64,000 nt of DNA from Cyanobacteriota bacterium (GCA_046052125.1 JBJOMY010000002.1:352001-416000), one strand, 5' to 3'; shown: positions 1-10,276, counted from the first letter of the stretch. Program-made: numbers and translations. The notes: generated by a model not told the origin, from the letters alone.

Positions 1-811
1 CGACGCCGCCGAGCAGATGATCAAAACCTTCATTCAGAAGGGCAATGAAGGCCGCGGCATCGTGGCGCCCCGCCTGGTGATCGGTATTCCTAGCGGCGTC
101 ACCGGTGTGGAGCGCCGCGCCGTGCGCGAGGCCGGCCTGGCCGGTGCCCGCACCGTGCACCTGATTGATGAGCCCGTGGCGGCCGCTATCGGCGCCGGTC
201 TGCCCGTCACCGAGCCCGTCGGCACGATGATCGTCGACATCGGCGGCGGCACCACTGAGGTGGCCGTGTTGTCGCTGGGCGGCACCGTGCTGAGCGAGTC
301 GGTACGCGTGGCTGGTGACGAGCTGAGCGATGCCATCAGCGTGTATTTGAAGAAGGTGCACAACCTGGTGGTGGGTGAGCGCACCGCGGAGGAGATCAAG
401 ATCCGCATCGGCTCCGCCTTCCCCGAAGACGTGCACGACGAAACCTCGATGGACGTGCGCGGTCTGCACCTGCTCTCCGGTCTGCCCCGCACCATCAACG
501 TGCGCGCCGGCGACGTGCGCGAGGCGATGGCCGAGCCGCTCAACGTGATCGTGGAAGCGGTGAAGCGCACCCTCGAGCGCACCCCGCCCGAGCTGGCTGC
601 CGACATCGTGGACCGCGGCATCATGCTCGCCGGCGGCGGCGCCTTGGTGCGTGGCATCAGCGATCTGATCAGCCACGAGACCGGGATCCTGGTGCATGTA
701 GCGGAAGACCCGCTGCTCTGCGTGGTGAACGGCTGCGGCATGGTGCTGGAGGATTACAAGCGTTTGGAGCGGGTGCTCGACACCCCTGACTTCAGCCGCG
801 TCTCCGCCTGA
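1..811 (+). CDS. mreB: Rod shape-determining protein MreB (5'-truncated by window edge)
   Basis: Actin-like motifs VDIGGGTTE and MLAGGGAL; frame is open from the window start; followed by mreC and mreD. Confidence 0.97.
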   Translation, partial: DAAEQMIKTFIQKGNEGRGIVAPRLVIGIPSGVTGVERRAVREAGLAGARTVHLIDEPVAAAIGAGLPVTEPVGTMIVDIGGGTTEVAVLSLGGTVLSESVRVAGDELSDAISVYLKKVHNLVVGERTAEEIKIRIGSAFPEDVHDETSMDVRGLHLLSGLPRTINVRAGDVREAMAEPLNVIVEAVKRTLERTPPELAADIVDRGIMLAGGGALVRGISDLISHETGILVHVAEDPLLCVVNGCGMVLEDYKRLERVLDTPDFSRVSA

Positions 812-816
812 TCCCC

Positions 817-1554
817 ATGCCCGGCCGCGGCCTGCGCGTCCCCACACTGCGCAAGGTGGCCGAGGCATGGCCTTGGTGGCTGTTGCTGCTCGCCTTAGTG
901 GGCGTGCGCCTGAGCAAAGGCGCGGGATTTGCCGATGCCTACGCCCTGTTGAGCCGGCCGTTCTGGCCTGGTTCGGCTCAGTCGGAGTGGCTGCGCTCAG
1001 CGCAGCAGCTGCAAAATCAGGCCAGCCTCCAGGAGTTGCAGCGCGACAACCAACGCTTGCGCGGCTTGCTCGACCTGGATCGCAACAGCGCCGGCCGGGT
1101 GTCAGCTCCGGTGATCTCCCGGGATCAAGGTGGCTGGTGGCAACAACTGGAACTGGGCAAGGGCAGCCTCGATGGCATCCGCGCCGGTGCCCCGGTGCTG
1201 GCTCCCGGTGGTCTGATCGGCCGGGTGAGCAGCGTCACCCCCACCACCGCTCGGGTGCAGTTGCTCACCGACAGCGCCAGCCGAGTGGGGGTGTGGGTGG
1301 CGCGGGTGCAGCGCCATGGGCTGCTGGTGGGGCAGGGCACGCCGCGGCCGCAACTGCAGTTTCTTGAGAAAGACACCGGCGTGCGCCCCGGCGATGTGAT
1401 CACCACCTCCCCCGCCAGCACCCTGGTGCCCCCCAATGTGTTGATCGGGGTGGTGCAGAGCGTGAATGAGGAGTTGGCCCCGGCCCCGGATGCTGCGGTG
1501 CAGCTCAGTGCACCGGTGGATGCGGTGGATTGGGTGCAGGTGGTGACGCGCTAG
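817..1554 (+). CDS. mreC: Rod shape-determining protein MreC
   Basis: N-terminal TM helix, coiled coil, GLIGRV and GDVITTS motifs; follows mreB. Confidence 0.93.
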   Translation: MPGRGLRVPTLRKVAEAWPWWLLLLALVGVRLSKGAGFADAYALLSRPFWPGSAQSEWLRSAQQLQNQASLQELQRDNQRLRGLLDLDRNSAGRVSAPVISRDQGGWWQQLELGKGSLDGIRAGAPVLAPGGLIGRVSSVTPTTARVQLLTDSASRVGVWVARVQRHGLLVGQGTPRPQLQFLEKDTGVRPGDVITTSPASTLVPPNVLIGVVQSVNEELAPAPDAAVQLSAPVDAVDWVQVVTR

Positions 1555-1556
1555 CC

Positions 1557-2060
1557 ATGGGTGTGTTGCACCGTCAGCGCTGGTGCGGGGCCACGGGCTT
1601 GCTGGTGCCTTTGCTCACGCTTGCCTCGCCGGCGTTCCTGAAGATCGCAGGGGTTGCTCCGAGCTGGGCAGTGTTGTGGTTATTGCCCTGGGCGCTGGTG
1701 GATGGCCCCGCTTCTGGAGCCATTGCCGGCCTTTGTCTGGGTCTCGTGCTCGACGGGCTGCATCTCGGCCAGGCCAGTGAGGTGCCGGTGTTGATCCTGC
1801 TCGGCTGGTGGTGGGGGCGGATCGGCCGGCGCGGCCTGCCGATCGAGCGCAGCTACAACCTGGGTTTGTTGGCTGTGCTCGGAAGCCTCTTGCTTGGAGC
1901 CAGCCTGTTGCTGCAGCTGCACTGGCAGGGACAACTGCCGTTGCCCGTGGCGGGGCTGCACACCCTGGTGGCCCAGAGCTTGATCACGGCTCTGCTGGCG
2001 CCGGTGCTCTGCTCGTTGCAGCTGCTGCGCTGGCGCCGGATCGCCGATCTGAGGAGTTGA
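1557..2060 (+). CDS. mreD: Rod shape-determining protein MreD
   Basis: Hydrophobic polytopic protein directly after mreC; ATG at 1557. Confidence 0.85.
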   Translation: MGVLHRQRWCGATGLLVPLLTLASPAFLKIAGVAPSWAVLWLLPWALVDGPASGAIAGLCLGLVLDGLHLGQASEVPVLILLGWWWGRIGRRGLPIERSYNLGLLAVLGSLLLGASLLLQLHWQGQLPLPVAGLHTLVAQSLITALLAPVLCSLQLLRWRRIADLRS

Positions 2061-2064
2061 TGCG

Positions 2065-3435
2065 ATGAGCTTGCCCGCCCCGACCGATCGCTGGCCACGC
2101 CGCTTGCTGTTGCGCCGGATCGCCAGCGGCGTCGCCGGTTTGGCCCTGGCGCTTGGGGTCGGCGCCTGCCGCAACCCTGCACCGCAGCCGGGCGGCGAGC
2201 GCACCATTCAGTTCTGGACTCTGGATCTGGCGCCGAAGTTCAACACCTATATCCGCGATGTGATCAGTGCCTGGGAGCAGCAGAATCCGGGCTATCGCGT
2301 GGTGTGGACCGATATCCCCTGGGGGTCGGTGGAGCGCAAGTTGCTGGCGGCGGTGTTCGCCCGCACCGCTCCCGATGTGGTGAACCTCAATCCTCTGTTT
2401 GCCGCCAACCTGGCCAGCAAGGGTGGCTTGCTGCCCCTGGATTCGGTGTTGCCACCTGGAGCGGCCAGCGGCTATCTGCCGCTGATCTGGCAAGCGGGTC
2501 GCAGTGCCGGCCCCGAGGGCCAGCCCCAACAGTTCGCCATCCCCTGGTATCTCACCGCCCGGATCACGCTGGCAAACCGCACCTTGCTTCAGCAAGCGGG
2601 CTACAGCGCCCCACCCCGCCGTTGGGAGGAGGTGCCGGCCTACGCCGAGGCGGTGCGGCGCCGCACCGGTCGCTACGCCCTGTTCGTGACGGTGGTGCCC
2701 GACGACTCAGCGGAGTTGATGGAGAGCCTGGTGCAGATGGGTGTGACCCTGCTCGGCCCCGATCAGCGCGCCGCCTTCAACACTCCGGCCGGCCGGCGCG
2801 CCTTTGCCTTCTGGAGCGATCTCTACCGCCGCGGCCTGCTGCCGCGGGAGGTGGTGAGCCAGGGCTACCGCCGCGCCATTGAGCTGTATCAGAGCGGTGA
2901 GCTGGCCCAGGTGGGCAGCGGCGCCGAGTTTTTGCGCAGCATCCAAACCAACGCGCCCCAGATCGCGGCGGCCACCCGCCCCTATCCGCCGATCACCGGC
3001 GCCAACGGCGAGGCCAACGTGGCGGTGATGACCCTGGCGATTCCGCGCCAGAGCCAGGTGGCCAAACCCGCCGCTGCCTTCGCCCTGTTTCTCACCAACG
3101 CCGCCAATCAGCAGCGTTTCGCCGAGCAGGCGCGGGTGCTGCCCTCCTCCAGCGGTGCCCTGCAGCAGATGCGCCGCAACCTCGAGTCGGAGCGCGCTCC
3201 GGGGCAGGCAGAGGCGCTGGTTCAGCAGGCGCGGCTGCTCTCGGCCGATACCCTCGCCAGCGCCCGGGTGCTCGTGCCAGCCAGCCCTGGGGTGAAACGC
3301 CTGCAGGCGATCCTCTACACCCAACTGCAGCGGGCGATGCTCGGCCAGATCAGCAGTGATGCGGCCCTGGCGGAAGCGGAGCGGCAGTGGAATGCCTATG
3401 CCAAAGGGCGCTTCTCAGGCCAGGCGAGCCGATAA
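2065..3435 (+). CDS. ABC transporter sugar-binding lipoprotein (SBP family 1)
   Basis: Lipobox-like VGAC, APDVVNLN, AIPWYL, PRRWEE motifs. Confidence 0.85.
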   Translation: MSLPAPTDRWPRRLLLRRIASGVAGLALALGVGACRNPAPQPGGERTIQFWTLDLAPKFNTYIRDVISAWEQQNPGYRVVWTDIPWGSVERKLLAAVFARTAPDVVNLNPLFAANLASKGGLLPLDSVLPPGAASGYLPLIWQAGRSAGPEGQPQQFAIPWYLTARITLANRTLLQQAGYSAPPRRWEEVPAYAEAVRRRTGRYALFVTVVPDDSAELMESLVQMGVTLLGPDQRAAFNTPAGRRAFAFWSDLYRRGLLPREVVSQGYRRAIELYQSGELAQVGSGAEFLRSIQTNAPQIAAATRPYPPITGANGEANVAVMTLAIPRQSQVAKPAAAFALFLTNAANQQRFAEQARVLPSSSGALQQMRRNLESERAPGQAEALVQQARLLSADTLASARVLVPASPGVKRLQAILYTQLQRAMLGQISSDAALAEAERQWNAYAKGRFSGQASR

Positions 3436-3554
3436 ATCTTCGGCCAGAAGAAATCCTTAAGAGTTGCCCGCATACCTCTGTTTCCAGGGGTTTTGGGCCG
3501 CAGACGGCGCATCCTGAGATGTATCGTTGCGCTTCTTCATCGCTCGTAGTGCGT

Positions 3555-4352
3555 ATGGCCTTCGGCGAACAACACCAGCCTGGTGATGTTTCCGGGGCCA
3601 GCGAGCACCGCGCCACCTTGCTCGTTGTTGACGACGAGCCTGCTGTGCGCCGCGTGCTGGTGATGCGCCTGCAGCTCGCCGGTTATCGGGTGGTCTGCGC
3701 TGAAGACGGCGAAGAAGCTCTCAACCTCTTTCACCAGGAGCAGCCTGATCTCGTCGTGCTCGACGTGATGCTCCCCAAGCTCGATGGCTTCGCGGTCTGC
3801 CGTCGCCTGAGAGCGGAATCCTGCGTGCCGATCATCTTCCTCTCGGCCCTCGATGCCATCGCCGAGCGCGTGGCTGGGCTTGATCTCGGGGCCGACGACT
3901 ACCTGCCCAAGCCCTTCAGCCCCAAGGAGCTTGAGGCCCGGATTTCCACGATCCTGCGCCGCATCGGTCGCGGCTCCGCAAGCACAGAGCCCCGTGATGT
4001 GGCCCCCGGCCAGGGCGTGCTGCGGGTGGGTGATCTGGTGGTGGACACCAACCGCCGTCAGGTGACCCGCGACGGCGAGCGCATCGGTCTCACCTACACC
4101 GAATTCAGCCTGCTGGAGCTGCTCTTCCGCGAACCTGGTCGAGTGGTGCCCCGCGCCGAGATTCTCGAGCAGCTCTGGGGCTACCCACCGCGCCGCGCCG
4201 CCGATCTGCGGGTGGTGGATGTTTATGTGGCCCGCCTACGCGGCAAGCTCGAGCCCGACCCCCGCAATCCCGAGCTGATCCTCACGGTGCGCGGCACCGG
4301 CTATGCCTCCCAGCGCGTGGGAGAAACCTCCGGCATGGCTGCTGCCGGCTGA
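3555..4352 (+). CDS. OmpR-family response regulator, RpaB paralogue (SrrA-like)
   Basis: Receiver domain VVDDE...LDVMLP...KPF plus winged helix (VVDVYVARLRGKLE...TVRGTGY); ATG at 3555 is the likely start. Confidence 0.9.
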   Translation: MAFGEQHQPGDVSGASEHRATLLVVDDEPAVRRVLVMRLQLAGYRVVCAEDGEEALNLFHQEQPDLVVLDVMLPKLDGFAVCRRLRAESCVPIIFLSALDAIAERVAGLDLGADDYLPKPFSPKELEARISTILRRIGRGSASTEPRDVAPGQGVLRVGDLVVDTNRRQVTRDGERIGLTYTEFSLLELLFREPGRVVPRAEILEQLWGYPPRRAADLRVVDVYVARLRGKLEPDPRNPELILTVRGTGYASQRVGETSGMAAAG

Positions 4353-4419
4353 GGCTGTTCTGCCCCGGGTCTGCACCGCGTTCCTGCAGGATGGCCGCAA
4401 GCAGAGTTGAACCGGTCCT

Positions 4420-5928
4420 TTGTCTGAGCTGCGCGAGACCCGCCTCGAGAAAGGCAAGGCCCTAGCGGAGCTGGGCCAGGGGCCCTACGCGCTGAGGTTC
4501 GAGCCCAGCCATCGCACCGCCGAGCTGCAGCAGGCCCACGCCGATCTCGCCAATGGCGAAGAGCGCGACGTTGCCGTGGCCGTGGCCGGCCGGGTGATGA
4601 CGCGCCGGGTGATGGGCAAGCTCGCTTTCTTCACCCTGGCCGATGAAACCGGCCCGATCCAGCTGTTCATCGAGAAGGCCACCCTGGCTGCGTCGATGCC
4701 GGATGACCCTGAGGCCTTTGTTCACATCACCTCGCTGGTGGATGCAGGTGATCTGATCGGCGTGCAGGGCAGCCTGCGCCGCACCGACCGCGGCGAGCTC
4801 TCGGTGAAGGTGCAGCGCTGGCAGATGCTCAGCAAGAGCCTCCAGCCCCTGCCCGACAAGTGGCATGGCCTCTCCGATGTGGAGAAGCGCTACCGGCAGC
4901 GCTACCTCGATCTGATCGTGTCGCCCCACACCCGCGAAACCTTCCGGCGCCGGGCGGTGGCGGTGAGTTCAATCCGCCGCTGGCTCGATGAGCGCGGCTT
5001 CCTGGAGATCGAAACGCCGGTGCTGCAGAGCGTGCCCGGCGGCGCCGATGCCCGCCCGTTTGAAACCCACCACAACGCCCTCGATCTGCCGCTCACCCTG
5101 CGCATCGCGACTGAGCTGCACCTGAAGCGGCTGGTGGTGGGCGGCTTTGAGCGGGTGTACGAGCTGGGCCGGATCTTCCGCAACGAGGGCATCAGCACCC
5201 GGCATAACCCGGAGTTCACCTCGATCGAGGTGTACCAGGCCTACGCCGACTACAACGACATGATGGATCTCACGGAGCAGCTGATTGCTCATGTGTGCCA
5301 GCAGGTGTGCGGCGGCACCGTGATCACTTATCAGGGCACCGAGATCGATCTCACGCCCCCCTGGCGCCGGGTCACCATGCACGAGCTCGTGCAGGAGGCC
5401 ACCGGCCTGGACTTCACGGCTTTTGCCTCGCGGGCTGAGGCGGCCGCGGCGATGGAAGCCAAGGGTTTGGCCGCTCCGGCCCTGGCCGATTCAGTGGGCC
5501 GGCTGCTGGTGGAGGCGTTTGAGCAAACGGTGGAAACCGATCTGATCCAGCCCACCTTCGTGATCGATTACCCGGTGGAAAATTCGCCCCTGGCCCGGGC
5601 TCACCGCAGCAAGCCGGGGCTGGTGGAGCGCTTCGAGCTGTTCATCGTGGGCCGCGAAACCGCCAATGCCTTCAGCGAGCTGATCGATCCGGTGGATCAG
5701 CGCCAGCGCTTGGAGGCCCAGATGGCTCGGAAGGCCGCCGGCGACGATGAAGCCCAGCAGGTGGATGAAGACTTCATCCAGGCCCTGGAGGTGGGCATGC
5801 CCCCCACAGGCGGCCTGGGCATCGGCATCGATCGCTTGGTGATGCTGCTCACCGACAGCCCGTCGATCCGGGACGTGATTGCTTTCCCCTTGCTGCGGCC
5901 GGAAGCCCGCACTGCTTCTGCGGACTGA
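4420..5928 (+). CDS. lysS: Lysine--tRNA ligase (class II)
   Basis: [35 protein letters not shown] motifs; TTG start. Confidence 0.98.
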   Translation: MSELRETRLEKGKALAELGQGPYALRFEPSHRTAELQQAHADLANGEERDVAVAVAGRVMTRRVMGKLAFFTLADETGPIQLFIEKATLAASMPDDPEAFVHITSLVDAGDLIGVQGSLRRTDRGELSVKVQRWQMLSKSLQPLPDKWHGLSDVEKRYRQRYLDLIVSPHTRETFRRRAVAVSSIRRWLDERGFLEIETPVLQSVPGGADARPFETHHNALDLPLTLRIATELHLKRLVVGGFERVYELGRIFRNEGISTRHNPEFTSIEVYQAYADYNDMMDLTEQLIAHVCQQVCGGTVITYQGTEIDLTPPWRRVTMHELVQEATGLDFTAFASRAEAAAAMEAKGLAAPALADSVGRLLVEAFEQTVETDLIQPTFVIDYPVENSPLARAHRSKPGLVERFELFIVGRETANAFSELIDPVDQRQRLEAQMARKAAGDDEAQQVDEDFIQALEVGMPPTGGLGIGIDRLVMLLTDSPSIRDVIAFPLLRPEARTASAD

Positions 5929-5996
5929 CGCGCCGGGCGCAATGGGATAATCAACCCTAGTAGGCAATCTCCCCCATCCGGGGGTTACGGGATCCC

Positions 5997-6260
5997 ATGA
6001 GTGGCGAGCGCGTCGGTTTCCGCTTCAAGCACGCTGATGCGGTGGTGAAGCGCAACCCCCAGGGCCGTTCCCGCCGCGGCTGGGTGATGGAACCGGTGGA
6101 GCAAACCACCAGCCGTGGCACCAAGATGCCCGCCTACCGGATCCGCTGGCGCGATAGCGAGCGCCCCGAGATCGTGCTCCAGCACATGCTGATCGCTGAC
6201 CCTGATCCCACCCCGCCGCCTGAGGGTGTGAGCCTGGTGCCCCCGGCCCCCAAGCAGTAG
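5997..6260 (+). CDS. Small hypothetical protein, probably conserved in picocyanobacteria
   Basis: 87-aa ORF with host-like codon usage filling the gap after lysS. Confidence 0.75.
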   Translation: MSGERVGFRFKHADAVVKRNPQGRSRRGWVMEPVEQTTSRGTKMPAYRIRWRDSERPEIVLQHMLIADPDPTPPPEGVSLVPPAPKQ

Positions 6261-6263
6261 GTC

Positions 6264-7069
6264 TTACGACCAGCCTTTGAGCCGATAGATCGCCAGCCCC
6301 AGGTGTTCCTTGAGGGCGATCGTGCTCAGGTGCAGCGCCTCGGCATCTGGCACCAAGCTCTTGATCACCGATCCCGCTGTGGGTGTGCCGAAGGCGGCGC
6401 GGTTGGGGAGTTGGTAGTCGCAAGCCACGGGGATCACGCTCAGACCACTGCTCTGGCGGAACGTCGCCAGGGAGCGGGGCATGTGGAAGGCGCTGGTGAC
6501 CAGCAGGATGCTTCTCCAGCCCCGGGCGCGTGCCATCACGCCGATATCGCGCGCTTCCTCAGCGGTGGTGCGAGAGCCGGGATTGATCAGGATGCGGTTG
6601 GCGGGCAATCCCAACTCCACCGCGAGCGCCTTGGCGCTGATCGCTTCCGGCGGGGCTGGATTGGATGCCCTGAAGCTCACGCGGCCGCCACTGGTGATCA
6701 ACAGCGGGGCCTTGTTCTCGCGCATCAATCGCAGACCCGTGAGCAGGCGATCACCCCCTCCGATACCTCCACGCCCTGACGTGGCGCTAGTGCGGGCCTG
6801 AGGCCCCCACCCAGCACCAACACCGCATCGGCCTTGGGAATCGCGGCGGGCGTGAGTGCGGCCGCCTGCTCCTCCAGCCCCCAGATCAGCTGACGGCTGA
6901 TGAGCGGCGTTGAGAACAGCCAGATCAGGCCAATGCCGGTTCCACTCAGGGCGATGGCCCCGCGCTTGTGCCCCCGGTTGGCGGCTCCCAGCCCTGCGAG
7001 CTGCAGCAGTAGGCCCAGCCCCAGGGGATACAGGAACAGCGGCAGCAGCTTGGAGAGCAGGAAGCCCAT
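6264..7069 (-). pseudogene. YdcF/DUF218 (ElyC-like) protein with a 1-base frameshift (pseudogene or sequencing error)
   Basis: N-half (DAVLVLGGG) is in ORF 6725-7069; C-half (DRLL, ITSGG, SRTTAEEA, LVTSAFHMPRS, KEHLG) is in ORF 6264-7166; frames switch at the C5 run 6754-6758. Confidence 0.85.
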
Positions 7070-7174
7070 GGTTCAGGGGGAGTGGAGGGGCCGGCTGGGG
7101 TTGAGAGGGCAGGCCTGAGGGCGGGGTTGGGGTTTGTGAGGGGCCGGGTGTTCTGCGCGACCTCACATCAGGAC

Positions 7175-7194
7175 TTCTGTGCGGTCTGTACGGA
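7175..7194. repeat. Dispersed quasi-palindromic intergenic repeat core, copy 1
   Basis: TTCTGTGCGGTCTGTACGGA is identical to 38363-38382. Confidence 0.8.
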
Positions 7195-7255
7195 ATCCTG
7201 GAGGCGCTGCGTAAGCCATTGCCAGGTATTTCAAGGCAGTCCTGAATGCTGCCGC

Positions 7256-7786
7256 TCAGCGGCCTTGGCCTTGGTTTTGTCGGGCCCGCAGCGCTTCGAG
7301 CTCCTGCTCGGTTTCAAAGCGGGCCCAGGCTTGGTCGAGGGGCTCCCTGCCTGTTGCCGCGGTGGTTGTGGCATTTGGCGCTGCGCTGGCCTGAGTCGTG
7401 CCGGCGGTTGTCGTCGCCCGCGGGGCCGCCGGCGGTGGGGTGTCGCGCACCTGGCGGCCGAGCTGCTCGAGGCTTTGCCAGCGCTGGCGGCCGCGCTCCA
7501 TCAGCTGGAGCACCTGTTGATCAGCCCGATCGGCCAGCTCCGTGGCGCCGGCACCGCGGGCCCGCTGGGCGCGATCGCGCCACTGCTGAATCTCGGAGGC
7601 CAGGTGCAGCAACTCGCTGCGCAGCACCTCGGCCTTCGCGAGTGCCTCACGCTGTTGTTGCCGCCGCTCGAGCCGCTCCTGCTCCTGCAGCAGAGCCTCC
7701 TGGGCCGGGTTTGCCCGCAGAAAAGCCTCCAGCTGCTGCTCCAGGCGGGCTTCCAGTTGCTCGAGCCAATCGGCGGCCGCGCTCAT
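7256..7786 (-). CDS. Hercynine metabolism-associated coiled-coil protein
   Basis: WLEQLEARLEQQLEAFLRANPAQEALL start, PspA-like C-terminus; in operon behind egtB-egtD. Confidence 0.75.
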   Translation of the reverse strand: MSAAADWLEQLEARLEQQLEAFLRANPAQEALLQEQERLERRQQQREALAKAEVLRSELLHLASEIQQWRDRAQRARGAGATELADRADQQVLQLMERGRQRWQSLEQLGRQVRDTPPPAAPRATTTAGTTQASAAPNATTTAATGREPLDQAWARFETEQELEALRARQNQGQGR

Positions 7787-8022
7787 GGGCTTTCGTTGCT
7801 CTCCGGCGCCCGGGTGATCAGCGGAGCCTCGATTTCCTCCTGCAGCGGCGTGATTGCCGCTTCGCGGGAGCGCAGCAGCAGCTGGGTGAGGCGGGCGATC
7901 CCGCCCTCCCCCAAGTTCTGGCTGGCGAGCGTTTCGAAGGCGTTGCCATAGAGCTCCTCCAGCTGGGCAATCAGGCCCTCGCGCAACTCGCGCACGGCCC
8001 GGCGCTGCTCTTCTCTCGACAT
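7783..8022 (-). CDS. Hercynine metabolism small protein
   Basis: 79-aa ORF (GEGGIARLTQLLLRSRE) directly after egtD; 4-bp overlap with the next gene. Confidence 0.75.
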   Translation of the reverse strand: MSREEQRRAVRELREGLIAQLEELYGNAFETLASQNLGEGGIARLTQLLLRSREAAITPLQEEIEAPLITRAPESNESP

Positions 8023-8040
8023 GCGTGCTCCCCGCTGGGC

Positions 8041-8994
8041 TCAGTCTGCCTGCACCAGTAGGTGCAGCGATAAATCCTCAGCCGGATCGCTCCAGCGCTG
8101 CGCGCCGCGCCAGCCTGCCGCTGCCGCCAGCTCCAGGAAGGCCTCTGGGCTGTATTTGGCGCTGGTTTCGGTGATCAGGGCTTCGCCGGCCGCAAACGTC
8201 CACCGCTGGCCCGCCAACTCCACCTGCTGGGATCGCTCACTCACCAGCGCCATCTCGATGTGGCTGGCCTCCGGCCGCCAGAGGGCGCGGTAGCAAAACG
8301 ATTCCAAATCAAAATTGCCGGCCAGATCGCGGTTCAGCCGCGCCAGCAGATTCAGCGCGAAGGCCGCCGAGATCCCGGCTGCATCGTTGTAGGCCGCCTC
8401 CAGTCGCTCCACGGCCTTGGGCTGATCGATGCCAATCAACAACTTGCCGCCCGGGCCGAGCAGCCGCCGGAACTGCACAAGCAGCGCCCTGGCTTCCTCG
8501 GGCGCGAAATTGCCCAGGGAGCTGCCTGGGAAGAAGCCAAGGTGCGCGGTGCCGCTCAACAACGGATGCGCTGGCAATTGCTCCAGCTGGCTGTAATCGC
8601 AACACACCCCCAGGATTGGCACCGCCGGAAACTGCTGCTCCAGCCGTTGGCAGGCCGCGGCCAGGTGCTCGGCGCTGATGTCGAGCGCCACATAGGCGGG
8701 CTGGCGCAGAGCCTGGAGCAGCGGAGCTACCTTGCGGGCGCTTCCAGCACCGAACTCCACCAGGGTTCCGGCCCCGAGGGCGGCTGCGATGGCGGGGGCT
8801 TCCCGCTCGAGCAGGGCCGTTTCCGTGGCGGTGAGGCTGTATTCGGGCTGCTGGCAGATCAGGTCAAACAGGCGGGAGCCTGCGGCGTCGTAAAGAAACC
8901 AGGCCGGCAGCTGTTTGGGGGTGCGGCTGAGGCCGTCGATCACCAGCTGGCGCATGTCCGCCGGGGCGGGATGGAGATCCAGCAGTTCAGACAT
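8041..8994 (-). CDS. egtD: L-histidine N-alpha-methyltransferase
   Basis: PKQLPAWFLYD, EFGAGS, FFPGSSLGNF, AYNDAAGISAAF, TETSAKY motifs. Confidence 0.95.
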   Translation of the reverse strand: MSELLDLHPAPADMRQLVIDGLSRTPKQLPAWFLYDAAGSRLFDLICQQPEYSLTATETALLEREAPAIAAALGAGTLVEFGAGSARKVAPLLQALRQPAYVALDISAEHLAAACQRLEQQFPAVPILGVCCDYSQLEQLPAHPLLSGTAHLGFFPGSSLGNFAPEEARALLVQFRRLLGPGGKLLIGIDQPKAVERLEAAYNDAAGISAAFALNLLARLNRDLAGNFDLESFCYRALWRPEASHIEMALVSERSQQVELAGQRWTFAAGEALITETSAKYSPEAFLELAAAAGWRGAQRWSDPAEDLSLHLLVQAD

Positions 8995-10192
8995 CGCGCA
9001 CCTGATCGCGCGCCAGCCGGATCCCACTGGCCATCCAGCGGCTCGCCGGTGGATAGAAGTTGCGGTAGGTGAGCCGTTCGTGGCCGGAGGGGGTGAGGAA
9101 GCAGCTGCCGCGCAGCACGAATTGGGAGGTCATGAACTTGCCGTTGTATTCCCCCACCGCCCCAGCTGCCGGTGCAAAACCGGGATAGGGCCGATAAGGG
9201 CTGCCGCTCCATTGCCAGAGGCAGCCGTAGGCCTGGGGTAGCTCCCCGCCGGCCGCCGCCAGCTCCCACTCCGCCTCAGCCGGCAGACGTGCGCCGGCCC
9301 AACGGGCATAGGCATCGGCCTCAAACCAGCTCACATGCCGCACGGGTGCCTCGGGCCGCCGCGGCCGCAGGCCCGCCAGGCTGAACTCCCCCTCCCCGCG
9401 CCAGTAGCGCGGTGCCTGCCAACCGCGCTGCTGCACCACCGCCCAGCCTTCGCTCATCCACAGCTCCGGCCGCCGGTAGCCGCCATCGGCGATGAAGGCG
9501 GCGAACTCGCCGTTGCTCACCAGTCGGTTGGCGATGGCAAACGGCTCCAGCCACACGCGGTGACGGGGCGCCTCGTTATCGAAATGGAAGGCGCCGATGG
9601 AGGTGTCGGGGCCGCCGTTGCCCGCGGGATGGCCGATCTCCACCAACCCTCCCGCCATCTCCAGCCAGCTCAAGTGGGCTGGGGCCGCCGCGGAAGCGGC
9701 CTTGTAGGCCGCTTCCGGTTGAGGACCCGCCGCATCGGGCGGATAGGCCGCTGGTTCCAGGGGATTGCGGCTGAAGCCATCGAGCAGATCCATCAGCAGC
9801 AGCTCCTGGTGCTGCTGCTCGTGTTGCAGCCCCAGCTCCACCAGCGCTGGATCGAGTTGCTCAAGGTGCTGCTCAAGCGCGTCGGTGACGCGCTGGCGCC
9901 AGGCGAGCACCTCGGCAATCGCCGGGCGGGTGAGCAAGCCCCGCTGCGGCCGGGGGTGCCGCTCCCCCACCGCCTCGTAATAGCTGTTGAACAGGTAGCG
10001 CCAGCGGTTCTCGGCCGGTGTGTAGCCGGGCAGGGCCCCGAGCAGGAACTCCTCGAAAAACCAGGTGGTGTGCCCCAGGTGCCACTTGGCCGGACTGGCA
10101 TCGGCCATGCCCTGCAGGCAGAGGTCCTCCGGCTCCAGCCCCTTGATCAGGGCTTCGCTGGTGCTGCGGATCTGGCGGAGCCGGGCGAGCAG
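8987..10192 (-). CDS. egtB: Ergothioneine biosynthesis sulfoxide synthase (start uncertain)
   Basis: DASPAKWHLGHTTWFFE, HEQQHQELL, FDNEAPRH, GEYNGKFM, YRNFY; homology continues in frame upstream of the ATG at 10108. Confidence 0.93.
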   Translation of the reverse strand: MLARLRQIRSTSEALIKGLEPEDLCLQGMADASPAKWHLGHTTWFFEEFLLGALPGYTPAENRWRYLFNSYYEAVGERHPRPQRGLLTRPAIAEVLAWRQRVTDALEQHLEQLDPALVELGLQHEQQHQELLLMDLLDGFSRNPLEPAAYPPDAAGPQPEAAYKAASAAAPAHLSWLEMAGGLVEIGHPAGNGGPDTSIGAFHFDNEAPRHRVWLEPFAIANRLVSNGEFAAFIADGGYRRPELWMSEGWAVVQQRGWQAPRYWRGEGEFSLAGLRPRRPEAPVRHVSWFEADAYARWAGARLPAEAEWELAAAGGELPQAYGCLWQWSGSPYRPYPGFAPAAGAVGEYNGKFMTSQFVLRGSCFLTPSGHERLTYRNFYPPASRWMASGIRLARDQVRDV

Positions 10193-10276
10193 GGCTGGGG
10201 CGCATCTGCGGCGACCCTAGATGTGGCAATGGGCCCCCTACGATCGCGCCACTGCAGAACGCGTGGTGGCGAGCGC

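Noticed and set aside
9335..10276. Apparent N-terminal extension or fusion on cysteine synthase (647-aa ORF); similar extensions on ruvB, amidohydrolase, xfp and rimM
   Set aside because: The extensions overlap other real genes and lack motifs; true starts lie downstream
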